Below, piece after piece: positions 58,906 to 64,000 of a stretch of 64,000 nt of DNA. The position numbers and the translations under genes are program-made. Each line of letters starts with the position of its first letter. Positions within the stretch are counted from its first letter, which is position 1. The stretch comes from an uncultured bacterium (lineage in GTDB: Bacteria > Acidobacteriota > Thermoanaerobaculia > Multivoradales > JAHZIX01). Where the stretch lies: the NCBI GenBank assembly GCA_965368975.1, contig CBDUPA010000014.1, forward strand, positions 32,001-96,000, read 5' to 3'. Under the pieces are notes generated by a model that saw nothing but the letters and a program-made list of their open reading frames with translations, was not told the origin of the DNA and made no database searches.

Positions 58906-59502
58906 TCAACGCCGGCGTTGGCGCTGCTGGGGCTCTTCGGGTTGGGTTTCTTTGTACACGAAGGTCTTGGCGGTGAAGCTGGCGTTGATCACGTGCCCCT
59001 GCTCGCCGCGACGCGTGTTGATCTTCAGGTTCTCGATGTTGATGATGCGCGAGAACCGCGCCACACGATCGAAGAACAGTGCCAGCTCATGGTAGCCGCC
59101 ATCAATGTCCATCTGAATCGGCCACTCTTTGTAGAACTCGCGATCCGTCTCGCGCTCTGCTGGATCGAACACGTTCAACTTGAAGCCGGCCTGCTCGGTG
59201 AGCGCACGGAAACGGCGAATCAGCTCTTGCGTATTCTTGCGCGTCGGCAAGATCCGCAAAAGCTTCTCGAGGTCCAGCTCCAGCTGCCCCACCTGGGCGC
59301 GGAACTTCGGCAGCTGCTGCTCAGCCACCCGCCCCTGGTTGATCTTCTGCTCAAGATCGATGATCTGGCGCTCCTCGCTGGCAATCTCTTCCTTGATGCC
59401 ATCGAACAGCTTGAACGCACAAAGGCTGAACACCACCAGGCTGACGCCGAGACCAATACTCAGGCCGATGTACCAAGGCTTGCCTTCAAGACCCGTTTCC
59501 AT
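58906..59502 (-). CDS. pilO: Type IV pilus assembly protein PilO
   Basis: TM, coiled coil, ILP, FYKEWPI..GGYHELALFFD..RIINI. Confidence 0.92.
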   Translation of the reverse strand: METGLEGKPWYIGLSIGLGVSLVVFSLCAFKLFDGIKEEIASEERQIIDLEQKINQGRVAEQQLPKFRAQVGQLELDLEKLLRILPTRKNTQELIRRFRALTEQAGFKLNVFDPAERETDREFYKEWPIQMDIDGGYHELALFFDRVARFSRIINIENLKINTRRGEQGHVINASFTAKTFVYKETQPEEPQQRQRRR

Positions 59503-59508
59503 GGTGCG

Positions 59509-60351
59509 TCAGCTCCTTTCCCCGGCCCTCGGAGTGGGCGGTCCTGCCAATGGGAGTCCTGGCAACGAGAATGAGGCCATGGGCCTGGACGGCGTCGAGC
59601 GCGGAGGCAGCGAGACGACCGGCCCGCGATACTGGGCCAGCAAAGCGAAGTCGAACGGCACCGGGTAGACAGCGGCGACGCGATCGCGTGCGCGTAGGTC
59701 CGTGGCGAGCTCGAACTCACGCTGCTGCCTCGGCGACTCCAGAGATGCCTGCTCGTTGGCCGAGCCATCTTCCCCTTCCTCGCCGTGCCTCAGCTGGTAG
59801 CCCACCGAAATCTCGAAACTGAACAGCGCATCGTTGGTCGCTCGATACTGTCGCAGCACCGGCTCCTGGAACTCCTCGACCTTGTCGAGATTGTCGATGA
59901 AGTTGGCGATCGCGTTCTCGTTGGTGGCTCGGCCATTGATCCGAATCACCGCCGCCTGCACCTCCAGCCGCTCCAGCCAGACCATCTCGGGCAAGGCGCG
60001 CGAGACGTAGTCCATCAGCTGCACTGGCCCGCGCTGATTGGTGCGTAGCCCCTGAATGACAGAGATCTTCTGCTCCAGCAGCTCTTGCTTGTTCTTGAAC
60101 TCTTCGACCTCGGCAATGATCGGCTTCAGGCGCTCGTATTCCTGCTCGCGCTCGACCTTGATGGCCTTCTTCTCTTGCAGCTCGCCTTTCAGCATCCACC
60201 AGTAGACGCCCGTGCCGAGCAAGCCCGGAATGAGACCCGCGAGCAGCAGTAGGCCCGCGAGATTCTGCTCGTCGACCTTGACACTGATTGCCTTCTTCTT
60301 GCGAACGGCGACCGGCCGCTTGCCTTCGGACAGCAGGTTGATCTTGATCAT
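59509..60351 (-). CDS. pilN: Type IV pilus assembly protein PilN
   Basis: MIKINLL, TM, LPEMVWL. Carries an extra C-terminal tail. Confidence 0.92.
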   Translation of the reverse strand: MIKINLLSEGKRPVAVRKKKAISVKVDEQNLAGLLLLAGLIPGLLGTGVYWWMLKGELQEKKAIKVEREQEYERLKPIIAEVEEFKNKQELLEQKISVIQGLRTNQRGPVQLMDYVSRALPEMVWLERLEVQAAVIRINGRATNENAIANFIDNLDKVEEFQEPVLRQYRATNDALFSFEISVGYQLRHGEEGEDGSANEQASLESPRQQREFELATDLRARDRVAAVYPVPFDFALLAQYRGPVVSLPPRSTPSRPMASFSLPGLPLAGPPTPRAGERS

Positions 60352-60355
60352 GCGA

Positions 60356-61411
60356 TCAGTCCCTCACTTTCCGGATCGCCAGGCCGATCGACACCGCCAA
60401 GCGCGGCGCGATGCTCTGCAGCCATTCACTGTCGAAGTCGCTCTCTTTGTACTGCACCCGGCGCAACGGATTCATCAGCTCAGTGGGCACGCCGAAGCGG
60501 TCGCGCAGGATCTGCTGCAGATTGGGTGTCAGCGAGCAGCCACCAGACAAAACGAGCTCATCCACCGAGGCCTCGGACGAGGTGGCTGAATAGAAGTCGA
60601 ACGTCTTCTGCACCTCGCCAGCCATCTCTTCGGACACCGCGTCGAGTACCGGCTTGGCATCCGGCAGCGAAAAGCCACCGACGCTCTCGCCACGCTTGAG
60701 CGCTTCAGCCTGTTCGAAGGCGAGATTGAATTCGCGCTGCAACGCTTCGGTGAACTGGTTACCCCCGAAGGTCAGATCACGCCAGAAAACCGTAGCGCCA
60801 CGCGCCAGGATGTTGATATTGGTCACGCCGGCGCCCATATTGATCAGTGCCACCACTTTCAGTGGGTCGAGATCGTAGTTGACCTCGTAGGCATTCTGGA
60901 TCGCGAACACGTCGACATCGACCAACGCCGGCACCTTGCCGGTCTGACTGATCACCGACTGATAGTCGTTGACCTTGTCTTTCTTTACCGCCACCAGCAG
61001 GACTTCCATCTGCTCGCCGTCCATCTCTCCCTCGCCCAGCACAACGTAGTCCATATGAACGTCGTTGATATCGAAGGGGATGTACTGCTCCGCCTCCCAG
61101 CGGATCGACTCGTCCAGCTCATCCTGACTCATGGCCGGCAGGTTGATCTTCTTGATGATCACCGAGTGGCCGGACAGCGAGGTGGCGTAGTTGGCGTTCT
61201 TGACCTTGGATTCCTCGTTGAGCTTGTGGATCGCATCCACGACCAGTGAGGAGTCCATGATCGAACCATCTACGATGGCTTCGGAGGACAGCGGCTCAAG
61301 GCCCAGGCGCACCAGAGAGAATTCCCCCTTGCGCTCCTTCAGCTCGACCATCTTCACGGCCGAACTACCGATATCGAGACCGACTACCCCTTTCGGCTTT
61401 GAGAACAGCAC
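60356..61411 (-). CDS. pilM: Type IV pilus assembly protein PilM
   Basis: GLDIGSSAVK, EQYIPF, LSGG, IGLA (actin-like fold). Confidence 0.95.
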   Translation of the reverse strand: MLFSKPKGVVGLDIGSSAVKMVELKERKGEFSLVRLGLEPLSSEAIVDGSIMDSSLVVDAIHKLNEESKVKNANYATSLSGHSVIIKKINLPAMSQDELDESIRWEAEQYIPFDINDVHMDYVVLGEGEMDGEQMEVLLVAVKKDKVNDYQSVISQTGKVPALVDVDVFAIQNAYEVNYDLDPLKVVALINMGAGVTNINILARGATVFWRDLTFGGNQFTEALQREFNLAFEQAEALKRGESVGGFSLPDAKPVLDAVSEEMAGEVQKTFDFYSATSSEASVDELVLSGGCSLTPNLQQILRDRFGVPTELMNPLRRVQYKESDFDSEWLQSIAPRLAVSIGLAIRKVRD

Positions 61412-61743
61412 CCGCTTTTGCCCCCCTACTGGCGGTTGTTATCCGAGATCTTCAGACGTCCCTGACCGTCTCTTTATACCACCTTTTCGCCTTTGGTGGT
61501 GGATTTCGATTTGAGATAGTCATATAGCTATATACACCAGCTCTGCCTTGAAGACAAGGAGAAATCCGGCTCCCAGGGGCTATTCCCCGAATTTCTCCCG
61601 GCCTGGTCCCCCTAATCGCCGGATTTCTCCTCCTTGATGCCGTTCACGCTTAAATAGTGGATCTTCGAAAGCTTCAGTTTTCCCCTGTCTCCTTCCATGA
61701 CCACGCTGCCCCTCTAGAGGGTGACGAAAGAGTACAACCGCGA

Positions 61744-61773
61744 TATATAGTAGCCGCGTCCCGAGAGTGTCAA
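61744..61773 (-). promoter_or_regulatory. Candidate sigma70 promoter upstream of pilM
   Basis: Minus strand TTGACA-18 nt-TATATA. Confidence 0.4.
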
Positions 61774-61899
61774 GATATGGGGTTCTACTGCTGGAACTCC
61801 CACAAGAGCAAGAGGGCCGGAAGTAGGGTTGCGGCTTCACCGGCGCTCGTGCTAAATTCCGCGCTCCTGTGTGACGACGCTCCCTGGAGAACCAAGATC

Positions 61900-62124
61900 A
61901 TGTCCAAACGATGCGAAATCTGCGATAAGGGTACGGTGTTCGGCAACAGCATCAGCCACGCCCACAACGTCACGAAGCGGTCCTGGCAGGCCAACCTACA
62001 GCGCGTACGTGCGTTGATCGGCGGCCAGGCCAAGCGTGTCTGGGTGTGCACTCGCTGCTTGCGCAGCGGTAAGGTGCAGAAGCCGCCAGTGCGTAACTGG
62101 CAGCCCGCCGAAGCCGAATCCTGA
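61900..62124 (+). CDS. rpmB: 50S ribosomal protein L28 (zinc-ribbon form)
   Basis: MSKRCEICDKG..GNSISHAHNVTKR..NLQ..CTRCLRSG. Confidence 0.97.
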   Translation: MSKRCEICDKGTVFGNSISHAHNVTKRSWQANLQRVRALIGGQAKRVWVCTRCLRSGKVQKPPVRNWQPAEAES

Positions 62125-62262
62125 CGCCCCGCCTACACTTCCTTCCGACCCAAGCCGCCGCACCTCCCGAGATCCTGGATCTCTGGTAGAGGTGCGGCTT
62201 TTCGTGCTTGTAGACAAGATCGCGTCCTGCCCTACAGGGAAGCCTCCGCTCCAGGTTTCGCC

Positions 62263-63999
62263 CTAGGAGCGTCTCCCCGACTTCTCTTTGCCGCTGCTCT
62301 CGCCGCCGCCGTGCATGTGGCGGTCAACCTGTTGTAGTCCCGGGATCGAGCGCAGCCCCTTCAGGATGCGCTCCAGGTGCTTGCGATCCCGTACCGTGAC
62401 GCCGACCTCGATCCAGCCCAGACCGTTGTCAGTCTCGGCCTCGAGGTGAGTGATGTTGCTCTCGAGTGCGGCGATCGTCTCGGCCAGACGCGCCAGCATG
62501 CCGGTCTCGTCCGTGGTCTTGATCGACAGATTGACACGGTACAGCGTGTCCTGCCGACGCGCCCACTCGACGTCGATCTCCCGCTCCGGGTGGTACAATA
62601 AGTTGCGCACGTTCGGGCAGTCCGACGAATGCACCGACACGCCACGGCCGCGGGTGATGAAGCCGACAATCTCCTCGCCCGGCACAGGATTGCAGCACTT
62701 GGCGAGGTAGAACATCATGTCACCCGTGCCCTTGACGGTGACCGCATTGCCACCCTTGCCGAAGGGCAAGATCTTGTTCACCATCTGGCGCACACGGCCA
62801 GGCTCCTCTGCATGCTGCGTCAGTTGCTCGGGCGTCAACAAGCGCGGCACCACGTGCTTGGGCTGCGCCTTGCCAAAGCCGATGCGACTGTAGAGGTCGT
62901 CGATCGACGACAGCCCCTCTTCGACCAGATAATCCCGCGTGCGCTGGCTGTCCAGCGCCTTGCGCACACTCACCTTGTAGCGCCGCAGCTCCTTCTCCAG
63001 CATCGGCCGGCCGATCTCCATCGCCCGCCTCTTCTGCTCCGTGTTGAGCCACTGTCGGATCTTGCTCTTGGCGCGCGACGTGACGACGATATTGAGCCAG
63101 TCGCGACTCGGGCTACGGTTGGGATTGACCAGGATCTCGACGATGTCGCCGTTCTGCAGCGTGCTACGCAACGGCACCAACTTGCCGTTGACCCGTGCAC
63201 CGGCGCACCGGTGCCCCACATCCGTGTGGATCTTGTAGGCGAAGTCGAGTGGCGTCACCCCACGCGGGAAGGAGCGCACGTCTCCCTTGGGAGTAAACAC
63301 ATAGACCTCGTCCGGATAGAGGTCGAGCTTGAGCGTGGTGAGAAACGTGCGCGGATCCTCGACCTCGGTCTGCCACTCAACCAGATGGCGCAGCCAGGTG
63401 ACGCTCTCCACATCCCGTGCCGTCTCGTGCCCCTCTTTGTAGCTCCAGTGCGCAGCGATGCCTTCCTCGGCGATCTGGTCCATGTCGAAGGTACGGATCT
63501 GCACCTCGAACGGCTGCCCTTCTTCTCCCACCAGCGTCGTGTGCAGACTCTGGTAGAGATTCGGCTTGGGCATCGCAATGTAGTCTTTGAACCGCCCCGG
63601 CACCGGCCGCCAAACCTGGTGCACCACGCCGAGCGCGGTGTAGGTGTCGACCTTGCGCGGCACGATGATGCGGAAGGCGAGGTAGTCGTAGAGCTGCGAG
63701 ATGTCGATACCCTGACGGCGTAGCTTCTGATAGATCGAAAAGTAGCGTTTGACGCGATAGCTGATCGTCACCTCACCGATCGTCGAGCCCATCAGGCTCT
63801 CTGCCAGCCGCTCGCGCACGCTCTCGATCATGTCGTGCCCACCCTTCAACTTCTCTTGCAGCTTCGAGTGCAACTCGGCGAACTGGTGTGGGTAGAGATA
63901 GTAGAAGGCCAAATCCTCGAGATCGCCCTTGACTCGCGCCATGCCAAGCCGATGCGCCAGCGGCGCGTAGATCTCCAGCGTCTCGCGCGAGATGCGCCG
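62263..63999 (-). CDS. relA: RelA/SpoT (p)ppGpp synthetase/hydrolase, 5' end beyond window
   Basis: ETLEIYAPLAHRLG, KDYIAMPKPNLYQSLHT, EVQIRT, TGS, CCNPVPG, ACT domain. Confidence 0.95.
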   Translation of the reverse strand, partial: RRISRETLEIYAPLAHRLGMARVKGDLEDLAFYYLYPHQFAELHSKLQEKLKGGHDMIESVRERLAESLMGSTIGEVTISYRVKRYFSIYQKLRRQGIDISQLYDYLAFRIIVPRKVDTYTALGVVHQVWRPVPGRFKDYIAMPKPNLYQSLHTTLVGEEGQPFEVQIRTFDMDQIAEEGIAAHWSYKEGHETARDVESVTWLRHLVEWQTEVEDPRTFLTTLKLDLYPDEVYVFTPKGDVRSFPRGVTPLDFAYKIHTDVGHRCAGARVNGKLVPLRSTLQNGDIVEILVNPNRSPSRDWLNIVVTSRAKSKIRQWLNTEQKRRAMEIGRPMLEKELRRYKVSVRKALDSQRTRDYLVEEGLSSIDDLYSRIGFGKAQPKHVVPRLLTPEQLTQHAEEPGRVRQMVNKILPFGKGGNAVTVKGTGDMMFYLAKCCNPVPGEEIVGFITRGRGVSVHSSDCPNVRNLLYHPEREIDVEWARRQDTLYRVNLSIKTTDETGMLARLAETIAALESNITHLEAETDNGLGWIEVGVTVRDRKHLERILKGLRSIPGLQQVDRHMHGGGESSGKEKSGRRS

Positions 64000-64000
64000 C

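Overview
GC-rich bacterial chromosomal window. Gene content suggests Acidobacteriota (Thermoanaerobaculia-like), which is inference. About 1-13.3 kb looks accessory: a caspase-TM-FGE/sulfatase-modifier fusion running off the left edge, an orphaned HigA-like antitoxin behind a truncated toxin, a membrane-anchored wHTH-TPR regulator facing a secreted Cys-rich prepropeptide across phased direct repeats, two tandem secreted paralogues (one interrupted by TGG->TGA), MarR-cysteine synthase and an AbrB-Doc TA pair. The middle holds ccmD/E/F (Cys-type CcmE), a CRTAC1 protein, two tandem beta-propeller histidine kinases, a DUF3179 gene with an in-frame UGA plus SECIS-like hairpin (probable selenoprotein), two PilZ-TM-AMIN proteins, a cytokinin-dehydrogenase-like flavoprotein, a KMO-like monooxygenase divergent from a PhpK-like B12 radical SAM enzyme, and a second Cys-rich secreted peptide. 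The right part is core: pilMNOPQ, three lipoproteins (two clearly Ig-fold), TPR, roadblock (MglC-like), accB/accC, thiE, an NSS transporter with small subunit, aroK, rpmB and partial relA/spoT. No rRNA, tRNA, CRISPR array or intact mobile element was seen. All family assignments come from reading motifs by eye, not from database searches.
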